A stretch of DNA of 64,000 nt, from positions 144 through 64,143 of the forward strand of contig JAGVWU010000001.1 in NCBI GenBank assembly GCA_018304145.1, in the 5' to 3' direction. Origin of the DNA: Candidatus Pacearchaeota archaeon. GTDB taxonomy: Archaea > Nanobdellota > Nanobdellia > Pacearchaeales > GW2011-AR1. The notes beneath the pieces were generated by a model. The model saw nothing but the letters and a program-made list of their open reading frames with translations. It did no database searches and had not been told where the DNA came from. Below, piece by piece: positions 30,789 to 40,579 of this stretch (its first letter is position 1; each line of letters opens with the position of its first letter). The translations under genes were made by a program, and so were the position numbers.

Positions 30789-31067
30789 ATGAAACCACTA
30801 AAACCATCCCACAGAGAAAAGAAAAGATATATTTTGATTAAAGGCAGGGATGCTGACAAGAAAAATATTGATGAAGTTATTCTTGAATTTATAGGGGTTC
30901 TTGGTTATGCCGAAGCTTCGCCTAAAATTATAAAATCTGAAAAAGATAAGATTGTTTTAGCTGTAAACAGAGGAAGCTTGAACAAAATAAGGGCAAGTTT
31001 TTTAACCAGCAACAAAGATTTAAGAATTGAAAAAGTGAGTGGGAGTGTGGGAAAGGTGAAGAATTAA
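30789..31067 (+). CDS. rnp2: RNase P protein Pop5/Rpp14
   Basis: LKPSHREKKRYI...KVSGS; position upstream of psmA. Confidence 0.8.
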   Translation: MKPLKPSHREKKRYILIKGRDADKKNIDEVILEFIGVLGYAEASPKIIKSEKDKIVLAVNRGSLNKIRASFLTSNKDLRIEKVSGSVGKVKN

Positions 31068-31639
31068 GCGCTTGTTCTTGAGAAATCAAATAAAATTTTA
31101 AATTCATGAAAATCTTTTAAGCTGTAAAAGTTATCGCATCTTCTTGCAAGATGCTTGTCTCCAATACAAGCTGCGCAATTATTTTCAAGATCTATAAGGG
31201 GCAAATGAGTTCTTGTTTTTTTTTCAACCCTAATTTTATGACCGCAAATTTCATCAACAACATAAGTTATGCTTACATAATGCTCACATCCTTGATTTTC
31301 TTTTCCTGAACATTCCAAACATTTTGCATCTCCTTTTGATAATTGCATCCTTAAATCCCTTTTTCTTTTTGCTCTGCACCTTAGTGCACAAGTTCTATCA
31401 TAATAATCTTCACAATCTACATAAAAACTACAAGGATTTACAGAAACTTCTGCAGGATCTTCAGATTGTCCAGAGCTATTTGCTCCGTTGCATTGAAAGG
31501 CGCATTTATAGTTTATTGGTTCAAGATGGGATTTATGTAATAATCTTAAGTTATATATACATCTTCCAGAATTAATTTCTCTCGTTCCATGGTAAGTCCC
31601 TATAGTCTCTTCTGTAACCATTTCAAGCACTCTTTTCAT
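31064..31639 (-). CDS. Cys-rich hypothetical protein
   Basis: Many Cys residues including CxxC pairs; likely ATG at 31639. Confidence 0.6.
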   Translation of the reverse strand: MKRVLEMVTEETIGTYHGTREINSGRCIYNLRLLHKSHLEPINYKCAFQCNGANSSGQSEDPAEVSVNPCSFYVDCEDYYDRTCALRCRAKRKRDLRMQLSKGDAKCLECSGKENQGCEHYVSITYVVDEICGHKIRVEKKTRTHLPLIDLENNCAACIGDKHLARRCDNFYSLKDFHEFKILFDFSRTSA

Positions 31640-31825
31640 ATAATTTAAAAAAGAGAGTATATAATCATTTCTATAATTTATTGAGATAGGGGGTAAATTC
31701 GAAACCTTTAAAAATACACTTTTCTTACAATTTTTCGTAAGGAGAAACAAATAAGTTTCATTAACAAAGAAGAAATTCTTTATTATTTTCTTTGAATGAA
31801 ACAAAAATGATTATATTTAAGAAAA

Positions 31826-32545
31826 ATGGAAATACCAGACATGCAACATCAAGTAATGGGTTATGATAGAAGCGCAACCATGTTCTCGCCTGACGGGCAT
31901 ATTCTTCAGGTTGAATATGCTGAAAAAACTGTCAGATTAGGAACAGCAAGCATTGGAATAAATTGTTCAGATGGTGTATTAATAGTTGCTGACAAAGGAG
32001 TAAAAGACAGTTTGATTGTTCCTGAATCTGCTGACAAAATTTATGAAATAGATGAACATGTGATGGCAAGTGCTGCTGGATTTATCAGTGATGCAAGAAT
32101 TTTAATAAATCACATAAGAGTTTCTGCACAACAACACAGAGTTACTTACGATTCTCCTATTGATGTTGAAACAGTCATAAGGGAAATTGCAGACATTCAG
32201 CAGCAATATACGCAGCATCCGGGGGTAAGGCCTTTTGGAGTAGCGATAATAATTGCTGGAATTCAGGGCGGAGAATCAAAACTCTACACAAGCAATATAA
32301 CTGGAAATTATTTTGAATATCATGCTGTTGCAATTGGGGAAAATGATGAAAAAATAAAGGAAATCCTGAGAAAAAAATTCAGAAAAGATATGAAAATTGA
32401 AGAGGGAATAAAATTAAGCTTTGAAATTTTCAAGGAGATTATGAAAGACAAGTTTGATATAAATAGATTTAATGTTGTATATATAAATAAGGATGAAAAT
32501 AAACTTAAAAAATTAAAAACAGAGGATTTTAAGAAGTTTGAATAA
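31826..32545 (+). CDS. psmA: proteasome alpha subunit
   Basis: GYDRSATMFSPDGHILQVEYA, RPFG. Confidence 0.95.
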   Translation: MEIPDMQHQVMGYDRSATMFSPDGHILQVEYAEKTVRLGTASIGINCSDGVLIVADKGVKDSLIVPESADKIYEIDEHVMASAAGFISDARILINHIRVSAQQHRVTYDSPIDVETVIREIADIQQQYTQHPGVRPFGVAIIIAGIQGGESKLYTSNITGNYFEYHAVAIGENDEKIKEILRKKFRKDMKIEEGIKLSFEIFKEIMKDKFDINRFNVVYINKDENKLKKLKTEDFKKFE

Positions 32546-32546
32546 G

Positions 32547-32804
32547 ATGAGACAAAGATTAGAAGTAAAATTATTGATAGGAAATAAAACCATTGTTGAT
32601 TTACAGGCTGAAACTGTTATTTCTCAAAGTTCTCCTGCAAATCCAATTAATATACTAAATATAGAAAAAGGTATTGATTTTGTAACTTCATATCAGCCTT
32701 TCAATGGAGTTCAAGATTTATATTTAAAATTAAGTAGGAAGGGTGAAGAAAGATCGCCTCAACATTACCAAATTCAAATTAAAGTAAAACCTAAAATAAA
32801 TTAA
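32547..32804 (+). CDS. hypothetical protein
   Basis: ORF tightly packed between psmA and SBDS. Confidence 0.6.
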   Translation: MRQRLEVKLLIGNKTIVDLQAETVISQSSPANPINILNIEKGIDFVTSYQPFNGVQDLYLKLSRKGEERSPQHYQIQIKVKPKIN

Positions 32805-32805
32805 A

Positions 32806-33483
32806 ATGACCGACGTAATTTGCAGATACAAATCAGAGAAATTGAATTTTGAAACAATGGTAAATCTGGAAAATGCAATGAAAATGAAAAGGGGAGAGAA
32901 AATAAATATTAATGACGTTATTAGAGACAGGTTTGTTTATACTGACTTGAAAAAAGGCATGAGAGCAGGTTCTCCTGAAATGGAAAATGTTTTTGGAACA
33001 ACTGACTTTTTGCAGATTATGCAAAAGATTATCCAAAAAGGGCAATTAGAAACAACACAAGAATTTAGAGATGAAGCTCTTGAAACAAGAAGAAAACAAG
33101 TTGTGGAATTTTTATCTAAAAATGCAATGGATGCAAGAACTCTTCGACCTTTTACACCTGACATGATTGCAAATGCTATAAAAGAAGCAGGCGTTAAAAT
33201 TGACAACCAGTCTGTTGAAAAACAAATTGGAAGAATTATCGAGGAATTAAAAAAAATAATTCCAATCAAAATTGCAACCAAGAAAATAAGGATTAAGATA
33301 CCTCCTCAGTTCACTGGACAAACCTATGGCTTGGTTAATGAATACAAGGAGAAAGAAGAATGGTTTGCTGATGGAAATTTAGAGGTAGTTTTAAATATTC
33401 CAGTTGGCTTGCAGACAGAGTTTTATGATAAATTAAATTCCATAACACATGGAGCTGCTTTAACAAGCGAGATAAAAGAATAA
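32806..33483 (+). CDS. ribosome maturation protein SBDS/Sdo1
   Basis: FGTTD, GQL, C-terminal IPxG...LNSITHG; synteny. Confidence 0.88.
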   Translation: MTDVICRYKSEKLNFETMVNLENAMKMKRGEKININDVIRDRFVYTDLKKGMRAGSPEMENVFGTTDFLQIMQKIIQKGQLETTQEFRDEALETRRKQVVEFLSKNAMDARTLRPFTPDMIANAIKEAGVKIDNQSVEKQIGRIIEELKKIIPIKIATKKIRIKIPPQFTGQTYGLVNEYKEKEEWFADGNLEVVLNIPVGLQTEFYDKLNSITHGAALTSEIKE

Positions 33484-33627
33484 AATGATATCATTAATTA
33501 ATAAAACAATTAAAAGTGAAAAAATAGAAAGCCTAAGTTATGAATTGTAGGCAGAAATAAAAACAAATCACAGAAGCCACAAATTATTAAAATTAAACAT
33601 TACTAAAGATTAGAATAAAACAGTAAA

Positions 33628-34344
33628 ATGATATACAAAACAGAAGAAACAGAAAGTGAAAATAAGTTTGAAGAAAAAGAAACAAAAACAGAAAGAAGAC
33701 TGGTTATTCCCGGGGAAACTGTTGTCAGCGGTGAAGATTATCTTCCAGGAGATTTTACTAAAAAAGAAGGAAATGAAATTATTGCAAACAGATATGGGCT
33801 GGCTGAAATATCTGGAAGAGTTGTTAAAATAATTCCTATTTCAGGTGTTTTTGAGCCAAGAAGAGGAAATAATGTCATAGGCAGAGTCGAAGATATTAAT
33901 TTTTCCGGATGGATGATTGATATTGGAGGGCCTTATTCTTCATTCTTGCCTTTAATGGAATGCCCAAGATTCATAAACAGAAATAATATTGCTGAATTTG
34001 CAAATATTGGGGATGTCATTCATGCAAAAATACTAGGAGTCAAGAAAAGTGGAGCTGATTTAACTTTGAAATCAAGAGGATTAGGACCTTTAGAAGATGG
34101 AAGATTAATAAAAATAAATCCTCATAAAGTTCCAAGAGTAATTGGAAAAGAAGGAAGCATGATTAATATGATAAAGGATAATACAAAAACAGAAATAACA
34201 GTAGGGCAGAATGGATTCATATGGATAAAAGGAGAATTAGATGGAGAAGAAAAAGCTGAAAAATCAATCAATTTAATTGTTGAAGAATCTTCAAATGCAG
34301 GCTTGACTGAAAAAGTTGAAAAATTTCTTGGAGGGAAGAAATAA
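33628..34344 (+). CDS. rrp4: exosome RNA-binding subunit Rrp4
   Basis: VIPGE, S1 domain, KVPRVIGKEGSM KH motif, GQNG. Confidence 0.92.
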   Translation: MIYKTEETESENKFEEKETKTERRLVIPGETVVSGEDYLPGDFTKKEGNEIIANRYGLAEISGRVVKIIPISGVFEPRRGNNVIGRVEDINFSGWMIDIGGPYSSFLPLMECPRFINRNNIAEFANIGDVIHAKILGVKKSGADLTLKSRGLGPLEDGRLIKINPHKVPRVIGKEGSMINMIKDNTKTEITVGQNGFIWIKGELDGEEKAEKSINLIVEESSNAGLTEKVEKFLGGKK

Positions 34345-34345
34345 A

Positions 34346-34537
34346 ATGGAACAAAAAAGAAAAAATTATTCATTATTTACGACTTATGATGGTAGAGGGA
34401 GAAGAGATATTGTATATCGTGAAGTTCGTGAAGGAACTGATAAAGTTTTTAATCAACCCACTGATTCAAGAGGAAAAAAATTATGTTCAAATGATCCTCA
34501 AATAAGATTAACTTTAGAGGTAAGAAATTGGATTTAA
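34346..34537 (+). CDS. small hypothetical protein
   Basis: 63 aa ORF between rrp4 and rrp41 with 1-nt gaps. Confidence 0.55.
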   Translation: MEQKRKNYSLFTTYDGRGRRDIVYREVREGTDKVFNQPTDSRGKKLCSNDPQIRLTLEVRNWI

Positions 34538-34538
34538 A

Positions 34539-35249
34539 ATGCCATACACAAAACGACCTGATAAGAGAAAATTTGATGAACTTAGGCCTATCAAAGCAGA
34601 AGTTGGAGTAATTCCAAATGCTGATGGAAGTGCTCTGTTTGCATTTGGTGGAACAGTTGCAATTGCTGCAATTTATGGTCCAAAACCATTGCATCCTCAG
34701 CATATGCAAGAACCTGACAGAGGAATTATAAGATGCAATTACAATATGCTTCCATTCTCGGTAACTGAAAGAGCAAAACCAGGACCAAACAGAAGGAGCA
34801 AAGAAATTTCAATGGTTGCTGGAAACGCATTAGCAAGTGTTGTTGATTTAACAAGATTTCCTGGAACTGTAATTGATGTTGATATATTAATTTTGCAGGC
34901 AAATGCTTCAACAAGATGCGCAGGAATAAATGCGGCTGCAATGGCATTGGCTCATGCAGGCATTGTTATGAAAGAAATGGTATCCAGTGTTTCAATTGGA
35001 AAAATCGATGATAAAATTGTTGTTGATTTAATAAAAGAAGAAGAAGATTGGGAAGAAGGAGAAGGTGCAACGGATATTCCATTTACAATGACCTCGAGGA
35101 CTCATCAGATAACTCATTTGCAATTAGATGGAAAAATACAAACTCATAGATTCAAAGAAGCAATGGAAGCTGCGAAAGAGGCTTGCAAGAAAATATTAAA
35201 ATATCAGGAAAGAGCATTGAAAGGAGAGAAGATTGATGAGACTAAATAA
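34539..35249 (+). CDS. rrp41: exosome subunit Rrp41
   Basis: ELRPI, ADGSA, YGP, RRSKEIS, QLDG. Confidence 0.92.
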   Translation: MPYTKRPDKRKFDELRPIKAEVGVIPNADGSALFAFGGTVAIAAIYGPKPLHPQHMQEPDRGIIRCNYNMLPFSVTERAKPGPNRRSKEISMVAGNALASVVDLTRFPGTVIDVDILILQANASTRCAGINAAAMALAHAGIVMKEMVSSVSIGKIDDKIVVDLIKEEEDWEEGEGATDIPFTMTSRTHQITHLQLDGKIQTHRFKEAMEAAKEACKKILKYQERALKGEKIDETK

Positions 35250-35250
35250 A

Positions 35251-35565
35251 ATGGCCAAATATCAACAAGTAATAAGAGAACAATTAGAAAGAATGAATCC
35301 AGATGAATTAATGGCTCAATATCATTCATTAATTGATGTTTTCAAAGAAACAAGAGGAATTCCATTTGAAAGAAATCCTCAAACTCCAAGAGAAGAATTA
35401 ATTAGATTAATAGAAGCTGGACAAAGAAATTATTTAAAAGGTGAGATTACTGAGAGAAATATTTTAGATAGTTTAGATGTTTTAGCAGATCAATTAGTAG
35501 AATGGGGCGAAAGAACTGGAATGTCAGATAAACCTATTTTGGTTTCAGGAGGGCAAACACAATGA
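35251..35565 (+). CDS. hypothetical protein
   Basis: ORF between rrp41 and rrp42; its stop overlaps the rrp42 ATG. Confidence 0.6.
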   Translation: MAKYQQVIREQLERMNPDELMAQYHSLIDVFKETRGIPFERNPQTPREELIRLIEAGQRNYLKGEITERNILDSLDVLADQLVEWGERTGMSDKPILVSGGQTQ

Positions 35566-36389
35566 AACTACCAAACATAAATAAAAGACGAATCATAACA
35601 CTTTTGAAAGAAGGAAAAAGATTAGATGGAAGAAAACCATTTGAACTTAGAGACATTGATATTGAAACTAGAGTTTCAATTAATGCTGAAGGAACTTCTC
35701 GTGTTAAAATAGGAAAAACAGAAGTTATTGTTGGTGTAAAAATGGACGTGCAAGAGCCGTATCCTGACCATGAAGACCAGGGAACAATGATAACATCAAT
35801 GGAATTTTCAGCTGCTTCTGGAGAGAGGCATGAATCAGGGCCTCCTCAAATGGATTCAATCGAAGTTGCAAGAGTTGTTGACAGAGGAATAAGAGAAAGC
35901 GGTTTCATTGACTGGAAAAAATTATGCATTAAAGAAGGAGAAAAAGTCTGGAGTGTTTTGATTGATATTTATTGCATTAATGATGATGGAAATGCTATGG
36001 ATGCAAGTGCTTTAGGAGCTGTTGCTGCATTAAAAGTTGCAAGATTTCCTGTGTATGATGAAAAAGAAGAAAGAGTAAAATTTGGAGAATTTACAGATAC
36101 TCCCTTACCATTGACTGAAAAACTGCCATTAACTTTAACTTTCCATAAAATAGGGGATAAATTAGTATTAGACCCAAATAGAGATGAAGAAGACTCTAGT
36201 GATGCAAGAATTACTTTAGCAGTTTCTTCTGTAAAAAAGGAAAAAATGATAAATGCAATGCAAAAAGGCGGAATAACTCCTTTTACAATTGAAGAAATGG
36301 AAAATGTTATTGAAGAAATTGAAAAAGCTTACGATAAGATATTGGCTGAAATAGAAAAAAAGATTAAACATATACTTAAGGAAAAGTAA
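35562..36389 (+). CDS. rrp42: exosome subunit Rrp42
   Basis: GKRLDGR, EVARVVDRGIRES, DDGN, AMQKGG. Confidence 0.92.
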   Translation: MKLPNINKRRIITLLKEGKRLDGRKPFELRDIDIETRVSINAEGTSRVKIGKTEVIVGVKMDVQEPYPDHEDQGTMITSMEFSAASGERHESGPPQMDSIEVARVVDRGIRESGFIDWKKLCIKEGEKVWSVLIDIYCINDDGNAMDASALGAVAALKVARFPVYDEKEERVKFGEFTDTPLPLTEKLPLTLTFHKIGDKLVLDPNRDEEDSSDARITLAVSSVKKEKMINAMQKGGITPFTIEEMENVIEEIEKAYDKILAEIEKKIKHILKEK

Positions 36390-36422
36390 GTTTTATAAAG
36401 ATATATTTTGGAGTATAATAAT

Positions 36423-36863
36423 ATGGTAATTGAAAAACTCGAATTAAAATTTACAAAATATGAAATTGCAAGAATTTTAGGAGCTAGAAGTCTGCAATTA
36501 GCAATGGATGCTCCAATCCTTTTAAAATTAACAAAAGAAGAGGAAGAAGAATTAAATTATGATACCTTAAAAATAGCTGAAAAAGAGCTTGAGGCAGGTG
36601 TCCTTCCAATCACTGTAAAAAGGCCTTTACCTAAAAAATCAGAAAAAATAGTTAAAAAACTATCTGAAAAAGAAATAAAAGAAAAACTAGAAAAACAAGC
36701 TGAAGAAGAAAAAAAGCAAATGGAAGAGGAAAAAGAAGGGGTAAAAAATGAAGAAAAAGAGGAAAAAGAAATTACAGAAGAAGGGGAAATAATGGAAATA
36801 GCCAACCCCGAAGACGAAGCATTTTCAGAAAGTGAGAGTGAAAGTGAAGAAGAAATTGTTTAG
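36423..36863 (+). CDS. rpoK: RNA polymerase subunit K (Rpo6) with acidic C-terminal extension
   Basis: TKYEIARILGARSLQLAMDAP...LPITVKR. Confidence 0.9.
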   Translation: MVIEKLELKFTKYEIARILGARSLQLAMDAPILLKLTKEEEEELNYDTLKIAEKELEAGVLPITVKRPLPKKSEKIVKKLSEKEIKEKLEKQAEEEKKQMEEEKEGVKNEEKEEKEITEEGEIMEIANPEDEAFSESESESEEEIV

Positions 36864-36908
36864 TTCTTAGAATATAATTTATTCTGTTAAAATATTTGTG
36901 GGGGGGTA

Positions 36909-36925
36909 TTAATCCTTAGGATTAA
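36909..36925. repeat. palindrome TTAATCCT-T-AGGATTAA, copy 1
   Basis: Identical to 37894-37910. Confidence 0.9.
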
Positions 36926-36988
36926 GTTAGCTACATAAACCGAATAACTATAAGCTATTTTAGTTCAGGTTACGAATGGAGCGGTGAA

Positions 36989-37777
36989 CTAAACAGCTGG
37001 AAGATGAAGATAAACCTCTGCAGATCTGCTAGGAGTTTGTTTAAGTGGGATTACAAATCTTCTATCTTGCAATCCTAAATCTTCACTAGCCTTAAGAAGA
37101 ATATCGGGATTTGAATAACGTGGAACTATTCTACAAACTGGATGATCATGTTCACCTATAATTGATATTGATTGAGATAAAATTCCATGATTATTTTTCA
37201 GTTCATCTTGAAATTTACTGCAATATTGAGAATGACCTATATGTCCTGCTCCGCAATAAACTAATATTTTTGAAGATTGGTTAGTTTGTATTCTGGCTAG
37301 TAATCGTGCCCAAGCTTTATTTCTAACTTCTGGAGTTTCTTCAACATTGTCTAAATCTAATGCTATGACTTTCATCCCTGCGGATTTTGCAGCATCAATC
37401 ATTCCCAAATATAAATCTGGAAAGTTTTCGCCAAGCCGTGAGAATTCTTTTTGATGATAAGCCTTAATCTCATCAGGATTATCGCCTACACTGCAGTATC
37501 TGTCTATTGCTGGTTGCATTGATAATGATAACATTTCAGTTGCAAAATGTGTAATACCAAGACCCCAAAATTTGCTCATATTTTGTATGACTTCTTTTTT
37601 GGCTGCTTCACTGCCATGATACTCTCCAAAAAGAATTAGGGGTGCTAATCTAAAAAGAGGAGCATAATCTGCATCCTTTGGATTTGTTCTTTGAAGATAA
37701 GACAAAACTTCATCATAATTCGAATTAGAGTCATCAAATTCTTCTGTTCCAAATAGATTGTCTATAGTGTTGCTCAT
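36989..37777 (-). CDS. ChaN/EreA/TIKI-superfamily protein
   Basis: LFGEYH, ATEM, VIALD, RN..WA and YCGAGH motifs; likely ATG at 37777. Confidence 0.65.
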   Translation of the reverse strand: MSNTIDNLFGTEEFDDSNSNYDEVLSYLQRTNPKDADYAPLFRLAPLILFGEYHGSEAAKKEVIQNMSKFWGLGITHFATEMLSLSMQPAIDRYCSVGDNPDEIKAYHQKEFSRLGENFPDLYLGMIDAAKSAGMKVIALDLDNVEETPEVRNKAWARLLARIQTNQSSKILVYCGAGHIGHSQYCSKFQDELKNNHGILSQSISIIGEHDHPVCRIVPRYSNPDILLKASEDLGLQDRRFVIPLKQTPSRSAEVYLHLPAV

Positions 37778-37893
37778 ATAAAAGGTTAAAATTAGAAGTT
37801 TATAAATCTTACTATATGTTACTACTACCTGATAACACATAATAATCCATTGCACAACAAATTTTCTAATATCTTGAGGAAAAAGTTGTGGAC

Positions 37894-37910
37894 TTAATCC
37901 TTAGGATTAA
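37894..37910. repeat. palindrome TTAATCCT-T-AGGATTAA, copy 2
   Basis: Identical to 36909-36925. Confidence 0.9.
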
Positions 37911-37914
37911 CTTA

Positions 37915-37928
37915 TCGTGGGGGCGTTT
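37915..37928 (+). repeat. attL core TCGTGGGGGCGTTT
   Basis: Exact match to 61458-61471; 62 bp upstream of the integrase. Confidence 0.85.
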
Positions 37929-37990
37929 GAGATTTGTTTGACACTCCTAACTAAGGCGGTTTTTAATAACAAAACCTCCTTATTTAAGGA

Positions 37991-39175
37991 ATGGAAGACA
38001 TACATAATTATAAACGAAGACTTGAAAGAACTCTCGAAAGGGTAAATAAACTTGATCTCTATCCAGAAGATAAGGAATTAATTTATAGATTCAAAGATCT
38101 TTGTATCTGTCAAAATATAAGTTATGGAAAATTAGATGCTTATCTATTCTATACAATAAAACTTACAAATTTCCTTCAAAAACCAATAAAGGAAGCCAAT
38201 AAAGAGGACATAATGAATGTTATAGCAAAACTTAATGAAACAAATTATAGTGAGCAAACCAAAAAATGTTTTAAAGTTTTACTTAAAAAATTATACAAAT
38301 ATATTAGAGGTATAGAAGGTAAAGGAGAATATCCTGAAGAGGTAAAATGGATGTCAACTACAATTTCTAGAAATCATCAAAAACTGCCTGATGAACTTAT
38401 TAATGAAAACGAAATAGAAAGTATTATTAGGGCTGCTCAAAATACGAGAGATAAAGCTTTAATTTCTATTCTTGCAGAATCAGGTTGCAGAGTTTCTGAA
38501 ATAGGTCTCATGAAAATAAAAAATGTTTCATTTGAAGAATATGGGACAAGAATAGCAGTTTCAGGAAAAACGGGATCAAGAAAAATATTAGTGATAAATA
38601 GTACACCTTATTTACAAGAGTGGATTAATCAACATCCATTAAATAACAATTCTGATTCTTTTCTATGGTACAATCCATTAAATAGCAAATATCTAAGTTA
38701 TACCCGAATTACCAGTATTCTAAAAACCGCAGCAAAAAGAGCAGGAATAAAGAAGAGAATTCATCCTCATTTGTTAAGGCATAGCAGAGCAACGAAAATG
38801 GCTACGGTAATGAGTGAAGCTTCCATGAAGCAATATTTTGGATGGACTCAGGGATCTTCAATGGCAGGAGTTTATGTTCATTTATCTGGAAAAGATACTG
38901 ATGATGCCATACTCAAAGCAAATGGAATTGAAATAACAAAAAAAGAAATGATTATAACAAAAATGAAACCTATTATTTGCAATAGATGTAAAACATCAAA
39001 CGAAGCAACAAATAGATTCTGTAAAATATGCGGTCTTCCTTTAACAAAGGAGATTGCAGAAGAAACAATAAAAGAAGATTCTGAAAAGAAAAAGTTTGAG
39101 GATATATTAGAAATTGCTTTATCGGATAAAAAAGTATTAGAAATGATTAAAGAGAAGATGAAAGTAATTTTATAG
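37991..39175 (+). CDS. tyrosine recombinase/integrase with C-terminal Zn ribbon
   Basis: SGCRVSE, GKTG, HLLRH, GW...SSM..VYVHL; CNRC...FCKICG. Confidence 0.92.
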   Translation: MEDIHNYKRRLERTLERVNKLDLYPEDKELIYRFKDLCICQNISYGKLDAYLFYTIKLTNFLQKPIKEANKEDIMNVIAKLNETNYSEQTKKCFKVLLKKLYKYIRGIEGKGEYPEEVKWMSTTISRNHQKLPDELINENEIESIIRAAQNTRDKALISILAESGCRVSEIGLMKIKNVSFEEYGTRIAVSGKTGSRKILVINSTPYLQEWINQHPLNNNSDSFLWYNPLNSKYLSYTRITSILKTAAKRAGIKKRIHPHLLRHSRATKMATVMSEASMKQYFGWTQGSSMAGVYVHLSGKDTDDAILKANGIEITKKEMIITKMKPIICNRCKTSNEATNRFCKICGLPLTKEIAEETIKEDSEKKKFEDILEIALSDKKVLEMIKEKMKVIL

Positions 39176-40517
39176 GATTAAAATTTCCAAATTTTTCAAA
39201 AAATTCAGAAATAATCTTCTTAGCCTGATTATCTGTAAATTTTGATCTTGGGAAAAGCCCTGCCAAATCACCCCGATAATCTATTTCTAAAACAATTGGA
39301 TCTTCACATAATTTTGTGGTATCTCTTATTTTTATAAAATAAATATCAGTTATCTGCTTTTCTCTTTCCATTTTTGACCTTTCGATTATGCGCTTTATTT
39401 CGGGTCTTCTAAAAGAACCTCTTTGACCAAAGAGAATATTTCGGCTAATAATTTCTCTAATCTCCTCGCCTTTAACTGTTATAGGTTTGTAAATTAAAGG
39501 ATCATGATCAAAAACGCATATATCCCTGAGAAATTTTTTTGCTATAATTTTCATTTTCCCTCTAAAATCTATTCTATGAATTAACGTGGGATTTATTTCT
39601 CCAAATAGAATTTTGGCTAGTCTTTTTATCTGTCTTTCTTCTGTTGAAAATATAGTTATTGGAATATAATTTTTTCCTGATTTTTGTTCTGCCCATATTT
39701 CTATTTTATTAAAAGGTGGATAAATAATTTTATAAGGAAATCCTTTAAAGTTTAGTTTTATCACATTATTTTCTTTTTTTGGAATATAGTTAAGAATTAA
39801 TTTATTTTCTTCTTTTGTTATTTCTTCCATGTTATCTCTTATATATGGAAAATTTTTAATATTACTTAAAATGTGATCTAAAGAAGTATTTATAATTCTA
39901 AATTGAGATGCACAAACTATTAAGGGAAATGGAGCCTTTCTAACAATTGCTTTAAATTCAGCTTTATCACCAACTTGATTTAATATATCTTTTTTTAATG
40001 ATTTCATTTGATCAAGCATTTTTTTAAATCCCTGATTTTGTTGATCAGTTAATAAATCAATTTTTTGGTTTGTACTAACACATAATTCAGTAATTTTAGA
40101 TTGATATTCTTCCTCTATTTTAGCCCAGAGATGAGGATTAAGCCTTATTTTTTCTTTAAAAATATGATAAAACTCTGAGACTATTTTTTTTACATCTAAG
40201 TCCTTTTCTGTGGTGGTCTTTATATTTTCTCCAACAAGAGTTATACGAGTTAATTTATCAACACGAGGAATTTTAGAGTCCAAAACTAAATCTTTAACAG
40301 TTGGATTTTTTAGAAATCTTTTTATAAAATTCTTTGATTTAGGATATTTTTTAATCAATTCATTTAGAGTTTCCTCATAAATTTTTTCAAAGTTAGGTCT
40401 TAAAGCTTTATCAATTTTATTCTTAAAGAAATCATAAGCTACATTGGTTATAATTCCCAGAGCAGGATCTGTCAATCCCACAATTGCTAATTGGGCTGTT
40501 TTCTTAATGTCAACCAT
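39147..40517 (-). CDS. hypothetical protein
   Basis: 456 aa ORF; hydrophobic/helical N-terminus and central coiled coil. Confidence 0.7.
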   Translation of the reverse strand: MVDIKKTAQLAIVGLTDPALGIITNVAYDFFKNKIDKALRPNFEKIYEETLNELIKKYPKSKNFIKRFLKNPTVKDLVLDSKIPRVDKLTRITLVGENIKTTTEKDLDVKKIVSEFYHIFKEKIRLNPHLWAKIEEEYQSKITELCVSTNQKIDLLTDQQNQGFKKMLDQMKSLKKDILNQVGDKAEFKAIVRKAPFPLIVCASQFRIINTSLDHILSNIKNFPYIRDNMEEITKEENKLILNYIPKKENNVIKLNFKGFPYKIIYPPFNKIEIWAEQKSGKNYIPITIFSTEERQIKRLAKILFGEINPTLIHRIDFRGKMKIIAKKFLRDICVFDHDPLIYKPITVKGEEIREIISRNILFGQRGSFRRPEIKRIIERSKMEREKQITDIYFIKIRDTTKLCEDPIVLEIDYRGDLAGLFPRSKFTDNQAKKIISEFFEKFGNFNPIKLLSSSL

Positions 40518-40579
40518 AATTTTTAAGGATAATCAAGTTTTTAGAATTTTCTAAATCAAAATTAATTAAAATTTTTTAA

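Larger units (their letters stand above)
36896..37928. mobile_element. putative non-autonomous one-gene cassette at the att site
   Basis: Degenerate att core at 36896-36909, identical 17-bp palindromes at 36909-36925 and 37894-37910, att core at 37915-37928. Confidence 0.55.

Noticed and set aside
36896-39175. Classical integron (IntI plus attC cassette)
   Set aside because: The integrase shows no evident IntI-specific insertion and has a C-terminal Zn ribbon; the flanking palindromes lack attC R/L box structure
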